DNA from: Demequinaceae bacterium
GTDB lineage: Bacteria; Actinomycetota; Actinomycetes; Actinomycetales; Demequinaceae
Reading direction: 5' to 3'
Length of the DNA stretch: 32,000 bases
NCBI GenBank assembly: GCA_965250005.1
Contig: OZ252279.1
Coordinates: forward strand, 540,001-572,000
The notes below the pieces were generated by a model. That model saw only the letters and a program-made list of their open reading frames with translations, was not told where the DNA came from and made no database searches. Position 1 is the stretch's first letter. Each line of letters opens with the position of its first letter. Position numbers and translations under genes: made by a program. Below are positions 1 to 8,889 of this stretch, piece after piece.

Positions 1-696
<696 letters not shown>

Positions 697-717
697 TTAA
701 AGGATGTCTATCGACCG

Positions 718-1164
718 TCACTCTACCGGAGCGTCGGCCCCCGGCTTGACGTCCGCGCCGTCAGGCTCGAGGCCCGCGATCGCGCCAAGCACGCCGTTCA
801 GATAGCCGGGCGAATCGTCCGTGCTCAGTGCGGCGGCGAGCTCAATGGCCTCGGAAACGGCCACAGCCGCGGGGACGTCGTCGTTCCACCGGATTTCCCA
901 CGTGGCAATGCGCGCGAGTGCGCGGTCGACGGCGGGCATCCGGTCGACGGACCGCGACAGAGACGCCGGCGCAAGGATCGCCTCAATCTCGGCCCAGTGC
1001 GCGGTAATGCCACGCACGATGCTCTTGGAATACTCGGGCAGAGCGGTCTGGGCGCCGGAATCCTTCAACCGTTCCTCGAGCACGGTGAGAACGTTTGCTC
1101 GGCGCTGGTCGGCTTCGAACAGCACGTCTAATGCGCGCTTGCGAGCCTTGGTGCGAGCGGCCAC
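718..1164 (-). CDS. nusB: transcription antitermination factor NusB
   Basis: 148-aa ORF with ARKRALDVLFEAD and AVDRALARIATWEI motifs of the NusB family. GTG start shares one base with the efp TAG stop (TAGTG). Confidence 0.92.
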   Translation of the reverse strand: MAARTKARKRALDVLFEADQRRANVLTVLEERLKDSGAQTALPEYSKSIVRGITAHWAEIEAILAPASLSRSVDRMPAVDRALARIATWEIRWNDDVPAAVAVSEAIELAAALSTDDSPGYLNGVLGAIAGLEPDGADVKPGADAPVE

Positions 1165-1727
1165 TAGTCGTTGACGCGCGAGACGTAGTCGCCGTTGCGA
1201 GTGTCCACCTTGACCTTGTTGCCTTCTTCGACGAAGAGCGGCACGTGGATCTCCAGGCCCGTCTCTACTGTCGCGGGCTTGGTGCCGCCGGAAGAGCGGT
1301 CGCCCTGAAGCCCGGGCTCCGTGTACGTCACTGTGAGAACGACGGACGCCGCAAGCTCGATGAAGATCGGATTGCCGTTGTGTAGGCCGAGGACCACGTT
1401 CGAGTTCTCTAGAAGGAAGTTCTTCGCGTCGCCCATAATCTCGGGCGTAACGGTGGTCTGCTCAAAACCTTCTGGGTCCATGAAGATGTAGTCCGTACCG
1501 TCGTTGTAGAGGTACTGCATGGTGCGCCGGTCCACGGTCTCGAACTCCACCTTCGCGCCCGCGTTGAACGTCTTGTCGACAACTTTGCCCGAGAGCACAT
1601 TCTTCATCTTGGTGCGTACGAACGCGCCACCCTTGCCGGGCTTGACGTGCTGAAAGCCGATGACGGACCACAACTGTCCGTCGAGGTTGAGCACGGAGCC
1701 GTTCTTGATGTCGTTCGAGGAAGCCAC
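1164..1727 (-). CDS. efp: elongation factor P
   Basis: ORF 1164..1760 is clearly EF-P ([28 protein letters not shown]). The track start at 1760 is a TTG. The GTG at 1727 gives the canonical N-terminus (M)ASSNDIKNG and is preceded by AAGGA 6 nt upstream, so the start was re-called to 1727. Confidence 0.9.
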   Translation of the reverse strand: MASSNDIKNGSVLNLDGQLWSVIGFQHVKPGKGGAFVRTKMKNVLSGKVVDKTFNAGAKVEFETVDRRTMQYLYNDGTDYIFMDPEGFEQTTVTPEIMGDAKNFLLENSNVVLGLHNGNPIFIELAASVVLTVTYTEPGLQGDRSSGGTKPATVETGLEIHVPLFVEEGNKVKVDTRNGDYVSRVND

Positions 1728-1842
1728 GAGATGTCCTTGTTTGTCGATGAATGCGCTCAAGGCGCGGGACCGGGGGCAAGTCTAACGGACGGGGCGTGGA
1801 ACCAGGCTCGGCCTATGCTTCCCGCGGTGCCGTGGCCCGGGG

Positions 1843-2289
1843 TCAGCTACCGAGACGGGCCGCGACAGCCTCGAGAGCGAGCCGGTACCCGTCGATCCCG
1901 AAGCCAGCGATCATTCCCGTTGCGACACCGGAGACGACGCTCGTGTGACGGAACTCCTCGCGCGCATGCACGTTGGTGATGTGCACTTCGACCAGGGCGA
2001 GCCCGGCGCCGGTCACGAGCGCGCATGCGTCGCGAAGCGCGTACGAGTAGTGAGTGAATGCGGCGGGATTGATCACAACCTGCTCTCCCGCGTCGATCGC
2101 CCCGTGCAGCCACCCGACCAATTCGGCCTCGTCGTCGGTCTGGCGGACAACCACCTCGAGCCCGAGGTCGCTCCCCCACTGCATCGCCTGTGCGGCTAGT
2201 TCATCGTGGGTGGTGCTGCCGTACTTTTCGGGCTCACGCGATCCGAGGCGCCCGAGGTTGGGTCCGTTGAGGACGAGTACCGGTGTCAT
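1843..2289 (-). CDS. aroQ: type II 3-dehydroquinate dehydratase
   Basis: 148-aa ORF. LNGPNLGRLGSREPEKYG and INPAAFTHYSYALRDA are signatures of type II DHQase. Confidence 0.93.
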   Translation of the reverse strand: MTPVLVLNGPNLGRLGSREPEKYGSTTHDELAAQAMQWGSDLGLEVVVRQTDDEAELVGWLHGAIDAGEQVVINPAAFTHYSYALRDACALVTGAGLALVEVHITNVHAREEFRHTSVVSGVATGMIAGFGIDGYRLALEAVAARLGS

Positions 2290-2327
2290 GCGCCAAGCCT
2301 AATGGCGGCGCGCCGCCATCCGGGTAG

Positions 2328-3461
2328 CTACGCGCTGACGGCGGCGTACGCGGCCGCGAGCAGTGCGGGGTCGGGCCCCTCGAGCCGCGACGGCTTGCCC
2401 AACGCGTCGAGCACCACAAAGCGCAGCATCGCGCCGCGTGTCTTCTTGTCTCGCCGCATCGCCAGGCTCAGTTGCTCCCAGCGGCCAGCCATGTAGGTGG
2501 TGGGCAGGCCCAGGCCCTTGAGCACCGAGCGGTGGCGATCCACCCCGGCATCGTCCAACTTGCCCGCGAGCCGCGCGAGCTCAGCCGCGAACACCATGCC
2601 GACTGACACGGCCGCCCCGTGCCGCCACTGGTAACGCTCGTTGTATTCGATTGCGTGTGCAAACGTGTGTCCGTAATTGAGGATTTCCCGCAGGCCCGCC
2701 TCTTTGAGGTCAGACGACACCACGTCCGCCTTGACCTGTATCGCGCGCACCATGAGTTCCTCGAGCACGGGAAGCGCCGCCGATTCGAGCAGACGAACGT
2801 CTGCATCGGTGTCGCCCCTCGCGCCTACCTGCTCGCCTGCGGCGCTCAGGAGTTCGAGGTTCTCTTCCACCAGATCGAGAATTGTGAGGTCGCGAATGAA
2901 TCCGGCTTTGACCACCTCGGCCAGCCCGGCGACGAGGTCGTGCCTGGGCAGCGTGCGCAGGTAGGAGGTGTCGCACCAGACGGCTAGCGGTTCGTGAAAT
3001 GCGCCCACCAAGTTCTTGCCCTCTGCCGTGTTGATACCGGTTTTGCCGCCGACCGCGGCATCGACCATCGCCAGCAGCGTGGTGGGCACCTGAATGACCT
3101 TGATCCCGCGAAGCCACGACGCTGCGACGAAGCCGGCGAGGTCGGTGACCGCGCCGCCGCCCAGCCCCATCACGACGTCCGAGCGCGTGAACTCGGACTG
3201 GCCGAGCACTCCCCAGCAGAACGACAGCACCTCTGCCGTCTTGCCAGCCTCGGCATCCGGCACTTCGGCTGAAACAACCGTGCGGCCCGATACCTCGATG
3301 AGCGCCTTAATGGTGTTTACGCTCGCGATCATCGGCGACGAGTGGACAATGAGCACTCGCTCGGCGGCGTTCGGTATGCCAGCGACAACGTCGCCCGCGA
3401 GCTCGGACCCCACCGTCACCGTGTACGGCGACGGCCCACGCACCTCAATGGTCGCGCTCAC
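2328..3461 (-). CDS. aroB: 3-dehydroquinate synthase
   Basis: 377-aa ORF with GGGAVTDLAGFVAASWLRGIKVIQVPTTLLAMVDAAVGGKTGIN, the NAD/metal-binding core of AroB. GTGA overlap with the aroK stop. Confidence 0.93.
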   Translation of the reverse strand: MSATIEVRGPSPYTVTVGSELAGDVVAGIPNAAERVLIVHSSPMIASVNTIKALIEVSGRTVVSAEVPDAEAGKTAEVLSFCWGVLGQSEFTRSDVVMGLGGGAVTDLAGFVAASWLRGIKVIQVPTTLLAMVDAAVGGKTGINTAEGKNLVGAFHEPLAVWCDTSYLRTLPRHDLVAGLAEVVKAGFIRDLTILDLVEENLELLSAAGEQVGARGDTDADVRLLESAALPVLEELMVRAIQVKADVVSSDLKEAGLREILNYGHTFAHAIEYNERYQWRHGAAVSVGMVFAAELARLAGKLDDAGVDRHRSVLKGLGLPTTYMAGRWEQLSLAMRRDKKTRGAMLRFVVLDALGKPSRLEGPDPALLAAAYAAVSA

Positions 3462-3982
3462 GCGTCAGTCACCGCCTCAGCGATCTGGCGGGCCGCGTCC
3501 TCGGGCGTCACTCCATCAGTCTTGACCGTCAGCGTCGCGAGGCGCTCGTACACTGCGCGCCTCGCCTCCATGAGCGCGGCCCATGCCTGGCGCGGGTTTC
3601 CCACCAGCAGTGGGCGCGACGCATTGAAGCCCACGCGAGGAGCCGCGGCGGCAAGGCTGACATCGAGGAAGACCACGGCGCCTCCGTTGTCCGCGTACTC
3701 CGACAGTTCCACTTGGGTTTCCACGTTGAGAATGGCGCCCCCACCGAGCGCCAGGACTCCGTCGTGCTCGACCACGGCTCGCTTAACCGCGTCGCGCTCA
3801 ACGCGCCTGAACTCGTCCTCGCCGTCGTCGATGAAAATGGACGGGATGTCTCTTCCTACCGCGGTCTCGATGTCCGAGTCCGTGTCGCGGGCGCGCACGC
3901 CCCAGATTTCCGCAAGAGCCGCCGCGACTGTCGACTTGCCCGCGCCCGGCGGCCCAATGAGCACTGCCCGAGGTGAGGACAT
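3458..3982 (-). CDS. aroK: shikimate kinase
   Basis: 174-aa ORF. Walker A GPPGAGKST near the N-terminus, with size and operon context of AroK. Its ATG directly abuts the aroC TAG stop. Confidence 0.92.
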   Translation of the reverse strand: MSSPRAVLIGPPGAGKSTVAAALAEIWGVRARDTDSDIETAVGRDIPSIFIDDGEDEFRRVERDAVKRAVVEHDGVLALGGGAILNVETQVELSEYADNGGAVVFLDVSLAAAAPRVGFNASRPLLVGNPRQAWAALMEARRAVYERLATLTVKTDGVTPEDAARQIAEAVTDA

Positions 3983-5170
3983 CTACTTCAAGTTCTCCGG
4001 AATCGCGGACTGGTAGGACTCAATGTTGCGCTTGACCTCGGTTACTGAGTCGCCGCCGAACTTTTCGAGCACCGCGTCCGCAAGGGTGAGCGCGACCATC
4101 GCCTGCGCGACCACCGCCGCCGGTGGCACCGCGCACACGTCGCTGCGTTGATGGTTGGCCTTCGCCGCCTTTCCTGTGGACGTATCAATGGTGTCGAGAG
4201 CGTTCGGAACAGTGCTGATGGGCTTCATCGCAGCGCGAACGCGTAGTGGGGTGCCGTTGCTCATGCCGCCCTCCACTCCTCCGGCGCGGTTTGATCGCCG
4301 CGCAACTCCGCCGCCGGCTGCATACTCGATCTCGTCGTGAGCAGCAGAACCCCGGCGCGCTGCAGTCCGGAAGCCATCACCAAACTCGACGCCCTTGATG
4401 GCCTGGATCCCCATCAGTGCGCCAGCAAGCCGCGCGTCCAGCCTGCGGTCCCAGTGGACATGGCTGCCGAGACCCACGGGAAGGCCATGGGCGACAACCT
4501 CAACTACGCCGCCCAGGGTGTCCCCGTCCTTCTGGCACTGGTCGATTTCGGCAACCATCGCAGTGGAGGTTTCCGCGTGGAAGCAGCGCACCATGTCCGC
4601 GTCGAGCGCTGCGGTGTCGGAGAACTCGGGTACCGGCGCGTTTTCGGGAACAGAGATCGTGCCGAGCGCGACGACGTGGGACACCAGCTCGATACCCGCC
4701 GCCTGCGAGAGGAACGCCTCAGCGACGGTACCGAGCGCCACGCGAGCAGCGGTCTCCCGCGCCGACGCGCGCTCGAGGATCGGCCGCGCGTCATCGAAGC
4801 CGTACTTGGTCATCCCCACAAGGTCAGCGTGCCCCGGGCGCGGGCGGGTGAGCGCGGCTGCTCGCGCGCCCTTCATTTCCGCGGCATCCACCGGGTCAAC
4901 GGACATGACGGTTTCCCACTTGGGCCACTCGGTGTTTCCCACCTCGATGGCGACGGGGCCGCCTTGCGTCACTCCGTGCCGGACCCCGCTCAACACACGG
5001 ACGGCGTCCTTCTCAAATGCCATGCGTGCGCCGCGCCCGTAACCGAGCCTGCGACGCGCGAGCGCGTCCTGAATGTTGGTCGTCGTCACCTCGACGCCAG
5101 CAGGCAGCCCCTCCAGGGTGCCTACCAGCGCGGGGCCGTGCGATTCTCCAGCGGTGAGCCATCTGAGCAT
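3983..5170 (-). CDS. aroC: chorismate synthase
   Basis: 395-aa [28 protein letters not shown] and RPRPGHADL are chorismate synthase signatures. Confidence 0.95.
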   Translation of the reverse strand: MLRWLTAGESHGPALVGTLEGLPAGVEVTTTNIQDALARRRLGYGRGARMAFEKDAVRVLSGVRHGVTQGGPVAIEVGNTEWPKWETVMSVDPVDAAEMKGARAAALTRPRPGHADLVGMTKYGFDDARPILERASARETAARVALGTVAEAFLSQAAGIELVSHVVALGTISVPENAPVPEFSDTAALDADMVRCFHAETSTAMVAEIDQCQKDGDTLGGVVEVVAHGLPVGLGSHVHWDRRLDARLAGALMGIQAIKGVEFGDGFRTAARRGSAAHDEIEYAAGGGVARRSNRAGGVEGGMSNGTPLRVRAAMKPISTVPNALDTIDTSTGKAAKANHQRSDVCAVPPAAVVAQAMVALTLADAVLEKFGGDSVTEVKRNIESYQSAIPENLK

Positions 5171-5230
5171 GCGGTTATTCTTTCACGAGAGCGCGCACAC
5201 AACCAACGGCTCGCCCACGCTGCGTACGGA

Positions 5231-6010
5231 CTACGAGTTGCCAATCGGAATGAAGAAGTTGCGGTCGTTGGGTTCCGGCTCGGGCTCGGGCGAAGCGCTC
5301 GGATCCGGGCTGGGCTCGGGCGACGGACTCACCGTCGGCTCTGGTTCCGGCCGCACCTGGATTTCCGGGTTTCCATAGTCAAGAGTGAAGAAGAACCCGC
5401 TCACCACAAGCCGCAAATCACCGGCGTCAAGAGAGACACCGAGGTCTTCCACGGACTCCGTGACCGCCGTGACCGCGAATGCCGTAACAAGGAAGTACTG
5501 ATGATCTCCCAGCTGCAGCGAGTTCATGAGTCCCAGAATCTGCTCTCGCGTGCCAGCGGTGGTGAGGTTGACCTGAGTGGCAATGACGCCCGTGAACGCG
5601 AGGCCGTCAACTTGTGAGACCAGACCCACCTCTGCCGCTGGAATGGCGAGCGAGATTCGGGGAGTGACGGTTTGAATGCTCCCAATCTCTTCAGCGAAGA
5701 TCACCAGGTCATTTTCCTCAAACAACTCGAATAGCAAGCGGCGAAGTTCCGGGATTTCGCGCTCGGCGGGAAGGTCATCTCGAATTTCGTAGATTTCTTC
5801 GCGGTACTGCGGAATCTGTTCAGCGTCTGCGATTCGTTTGGCGAGGCTCAACTCGAGTTGGAAATTGGAGTCCTCCTGTGCAATGCGCGCCTCCTCGGCG
5901 TCTGCCGCGCGCGCGAACCTCGGGCCGATGCCCAGCATCCACGTGACGAGGGCCAGAATCACCGCGAGAGCAATAACTCCTCCGACTAGCACACCGTTTG
6001 AACCTCTCAT
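5231..6010 (-). CDS. pilO: type IV pilus alignment-complex protein, PilO-like, with Pro/Glu/Ser-rich C-terminal tail
   Basis: 259-aa ORF. Short cytoplasmic N-terminus, one TM helix (VLVGGVIALAVILALVTWML), a charged coiled-coil-like stretch, then a globular region. ATGA overlap with the upstream pilN-like gene and the pilM-pilN-pilO order support the call. Assignment rests on architecture and context rather than strict motifs. Confidence 0.7.
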   Translation of the reverse strand: MRGSNGVLVGGVIALAVILALVTWMLGIGPRFARAADAEEARIAQEDSNFQLELSLAKRIADAEQIPQYREEIYEIRDDLPAEREIPELRRLLFELFEENDLVIFAEEIGSIQTVTPRISLAIPAAEVGLVSQVDGLAFTGVIATQVNLTTAGTREQILGLMNSLQLGDHQYFLVTAFAVTAVTESVEDLGVSLDAGDLRLVVSGFFFTLDYGNPEIQVRPEPEPTVSPSPEPSPDPSASPEPEPEPNDRNFFIPIGNS

Positions 6011-6984
6011 GCCGATGCCTCCTCGTTGGCGCTAGGGCTTGGTGAGGGCTCGGGGGCCACTCCGCCGCCAGCAAGCGCCGCAACAGCCTCGGCTGCCTTC
6101 GCCTCGGTAAACTGGATCAATGCGTCTTCAGCGTCTTGAAGAGCCTCTGCGGCGGCTGCGAGAACTGTCTCCGCTACCGCGAGCGTGGCCTGCGCCTCCG
6201 CTACGCCTTGATCTGCCTCGATCGCGGCTGTCAGAATCGCAGCCGCGGTTGCCACAGATACCGTCGCAAGTTCGACCTCTTCGGAGGCCTCCACAATAGC
6301 CTCACGGTAGATTTCGCGCTCGTTCCACGCGTCGCTAAACCGACCGGACAGTGCGACAGCGGTAATGCGGACAGACCCGCTGAACGTGTAATACTCGTCT
6401 TCCTCTACCTGGCGAGCCGCGCCAGGGATTGTCGTTCGGGCCAAGCCTGGTACTGAATTGAGCGCCTCTTCAAGGTCAGCAATGTTTGGGTATTCCAGGC
6501 TGCGGCCGCTGAAAGACAGGACGCCAATATCGGGGGCCGAGAATGGCCCCGCTTCTTGGCCCGCAACCACAAACGGCGTCGTTGGCAACCAGGTCAAGCC
6601 CTGGAGACTCACCGATTCGGGCATCGCGCGCGTAAGCCCGGTGATCAAATCGGACATGAGAATCTCTGTTCCGCCAAGGTAGAGTCGTGCGCTCTTCGCA
6701 TTCAGGAGCTCGGCCTGAATCACGGGGACGTGGTCGTACAACGCGATCTCGTCGTTGAGGGCCTGCGTCTTCGCATTTTCGAGTGCGAGCCTATCTTCCG
6801 CGGATCTCGCCTGCAGTTCGGTAAATCCAACCAACGCCACCAGCAACACAATGAACATTACGAACGCAACGATAATCAGTGCGCGACTGCGTCCCTTCGC
6901 ACGCCTGCTCTCGACCTCTGGCGGGATGAGGTTGACCTGTGGCGCAGCAGGAGCCTTGACGGAATCTGGGACTGTAGTGGTCAT
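6007..6984 (-). CDS. pilN: type IV pilus alignment-complex protein, PilN-like, with long Ala/Glu-rich C-terminal extension
   Basis: 325-aa ORF. N-terminal VNLIPPE matches the PilM-binding INLLP-type motif of PilN and is followed by one TM helix (ALIIVAFVMFIVLLVALVGF). ATGA overlap with the pilM stop. Confidence 0.75.
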   Translation of the reverse strand: MTTTVPDSVKAPAAPQVNLIPPEVESRRAKGRSRALIIVAFVMFIVLLVALVGFTELQARSAEDRLALENAKTQALNDEIALYDHVPVIQAELLNAKSARLYLGGTEILMSDLITGLTRAMPESVSLQGLTWLPTTPFVVAGQEAGPFSAPDIGVLSFSGRSLEYPNIADLEEALNSVPGLARTTIPGAARQVEEDEYYTFSGSVRITAVALSGRFSDAWNEREIYREAIVEASEEVELATVSVATAAAILTAAIEADQGVAEAQATLAVAETVLAAAAEALQDAEDALIQFTEAKAAEAVAALAGGGVAPEPSPSPSANEEASA

Positions 6985-8045
6985 GCGCCAACCTCCCCAA
7001 AAGCGAGTCCTATACAGATCGGTACGAGGGACGCACGTCCGTCGGCCAGGTCGCTGCGTACGCGACCGGAGACCTTCACCCGCGCCAGCCCGTCGCCAAA
7101 ACTTACGGGTAGACGGCTCGCGCTCGCAAGATACTGGCCCAACCCAGGAAGATGAGCGCCACCACCGGTCAGTACCACGTGCTGGATCGCGCCGCCCGGG
7201 TTGTTCCCTGCGTAGTAAACGAACGTATTGCGGATCGCCTCAACGAGGGTCCGAGAAGTCGTGGTGAGCGCCTCGGCGCCAAGCTTGTATTCCTCTGCGA
7301 CGGCAAAACCGATGCCGATTTCACGCTTGAGCTGTTCGGCATCCTGCGTGGAGACCTGCAATGCGCTTGCGACCGCATCGGTCGCGTCCTGGCCTCCGGA
7401 CGGAAGGGTGCGAACGAACCGCGGTGCACCGTCGGAGACCACAAGCACGTTGGTCGTGCGCGCGCCTATGTCAACGAAAGCGACGGTCTTTCCGCCCCAG
7501 TCGCCCGTTGCTTGCGCGCGGTATAGCGCAAATGCGTTTAGGTCGACCATCGTGGGCCGGAGTCCAGCAGACTCGATCGCGAGGACGTGCGTCGCAACTG
7601 TTGCTTTTGGTGCGGCGACAATAATGCCGCGCAGCGCGCGACCACCGGTCTCCGCATCGACCTCGGCCGTTGGGAAAAAGTCGAGGAGCGCCTCGTCCGT
7701 CGACATGGGGAGCATTTCCCCTACTTGAAACGGCAGCGACTGTCGGAGTTGCCCCATGGGCAACGACGGAATCTCGAGCTCGCGAACCACCACGCGCTGA
7801 CTGCCGACTCCTGAAATCACGTGTTTGCTGGAGAACTTGCCCTTGGTCCAAAGTCTTTTTAGAACGGACGCGACCGATTGGATTTCGTGAATCTCGCCGT
7901 CGCCAACGGCGCCTGCGGGGAGCGCCAACTCAGCGTACCTGACCAGCGTGGCTGATCCGGTCGCGGGCCCTCGGCCGGAGAATTCGACCTCGGCGGCGCG
8001 CACGTGCGTCGTGCCGATATCTAGGCCAACCTGACGTGTCGCCAC
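6981..8045 (-). CDS. pilM: type IV pilus assembly protein PilM (actin-like ATPase fold)
   Basis: 354-aa ORF. VGLDIGTTHVRAAEV and VDIGARTTNVLV are the phosphate-binding motifs of the actin/FtsA/PilM fold. GTG start with GAAGGGAG 5 nt upstream. Confidence 0.85.
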   Translation of the reverse strand: MATRQVGLDIGTTHVRAAEVEFSGRGPATGSATLVRYAELALPAGAVGDGEIHEIQSVASVLKRLWTKGKFSSKHVISGVGSQRVVVRELEIPSLPMGQLRQSLPFQVGEMLPMSTDEALLDFFPTAEVDAETGGRALRGIIVAAPKATVATHVLAIESAGLRPTMVDLNAFALYRAQATGDWGGKTVAFVDIGARTTNVLVVSDGAPRFVRTLPSGGQDATDAVASALQVSTQDAEQLKREIGIGFAVAEEYKLGAEALTTTSRTLVEAIRNTFVYYAGNNPGGAIQHVVLTGGGAHLPGLGQYLASASRLPVSFGDGLARVKVSGRVRSDLADGRASLVPICIGLAFGEVGA

Positions 8046-8109
8046 GGCGCTCCCTTCATAGATTCCGTCTCATCAGACTATCGGCAGTATCACAGGCTGT
8101 CCTTAGCAA

Positions 8110-8883
8110 TCAGGTGATGAGTTTGAGGTATATATCACCTATCGCGGGCCCCGCTAGGTAGCCTGTCCAGGCAGCCACAATCAGCGCGGGTCCATAAGGT
8201 ACCTGCGACTTGCGGCGAAGTCTGCCCAATAGGAGACCCACAATAGCGGCAACTCCGCCGATCATCGGGCCAAGGAATCCGCCTACGGCCAGTTCTGCAT
8301 AACCCAGGTAGCCCGCCGCCATTCCAAGCAAGCCTGCGGTCTTCACGTCGCCGAACCCCATGCCTTTGGGGTAGATCAGCCACGCGAGGCCGTAATAACC
8401 GCCCCATGCGGCAAATCCAATACCGGCGCGCCCAAGATCGCCCCACGCGCCCTGAACTGCAGCATGTGCGGCTAGCGTCACTCCGAGGATCCCGTAGCTC
8501 GGAAGCACCAGCGAATTCGGAAGCCGCTTGACGTCCAAGTCGATGAAGAGCAGCGCGACGGAGACGACAGCAAGGTAGGCAAAACCCAAAGCCAAGAGCG
8601 TTAGGCCCCACGCCAAGTAGACGGCGACGAAAAGCGCGGCTACCAGGATTTCCACGAGCGGGTAGCGGCCTGAAATGGGCTCACGACAGTGCCGGCACCT
8701 CCGGCGCAGCCACAGCCACGACAACACCGGGATATTGTCGTACCAATCGATATCGTGCGCGCACCTCGGGCAATGACTTGAGCCGTTGACCCAATCTTGT
8801 CCCTTTGGGACCCGCGCAATTAGTACGTTCGTAAACGAGCCAACGATCAACCCGACCGCGACTACACCAAGTGTTTCTATCAC
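8110..8883 (-). CDS. pilD: bifunctional prepilin peptidase / N-methyltransferase (peptidase A24)
   Basis: 257-aa polytopic ORF. Paired cysteine motifs CPRCAHDI and CRHCREPI match the methyltransferase Zn motif. Both A24 catalytic Asp regions are present (FIDLDVKRLPN and GMGFGDVKTAG), plus the C-terminal VPYGPALIVAAW. Confidence 0.9.
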   Translation of the reverse strand: MIETLGVVAVGLIVGSFTNVLIARVPKGQDWVNGSSHCPRCAHDIDWYDNIPVLSWLWLRRRCRHCREPISGRYPLVEILVAALFVAVYLAWGLTLLALGFAYLAVVSVALLFIDLDVKRLPNSLVLPSYGILGVTLAAHAAVQGAWGDLGRAGIGFAAWGGYYGLAWLIYPKGMGFGDVKTAGLLGMAAGYLGYAELAVGGFLGPMIGGVAAIVGLLLGRLRRKSQVPYGPALIVAAWTGYLAGPAIGDIYLKLIT

Positions 8884-8889
8884 TCGCGG

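Noticed and set aside
1728-1760. TTG-initiated 11-codon extension of efp ([11 protein letters not shown])
   Set aside because: The conserved EF-P N-terminus begins at the GTG at 1727 ((M)ASSNDIKNG), which has AAGGA upstream. The extension has no counterpart in EF-P.
4337-5617. 426-aa plus-strand ORF antisense to aroC and pilO
   Set aside because: Shadow ORF typical of high-GC DNA. Its translation is Arg/Gly/Pro/His-rich with no recognisable motifs, and the opposite strand encodes unmistakable chorismate synthase.
8069-8076. CUGAUGAG string (hammerhead-ribozyme core-like) in the lower-GC pilD-pilM spacer
   Set aside because: No flanking helices, GAAA element or cleavage-site context could be paired by eye, so it looks like a chance 8-mer. 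The spacer is adequately explained as the pilM ribosome-binding region (GAAGGGAG-5 nt-GTG).
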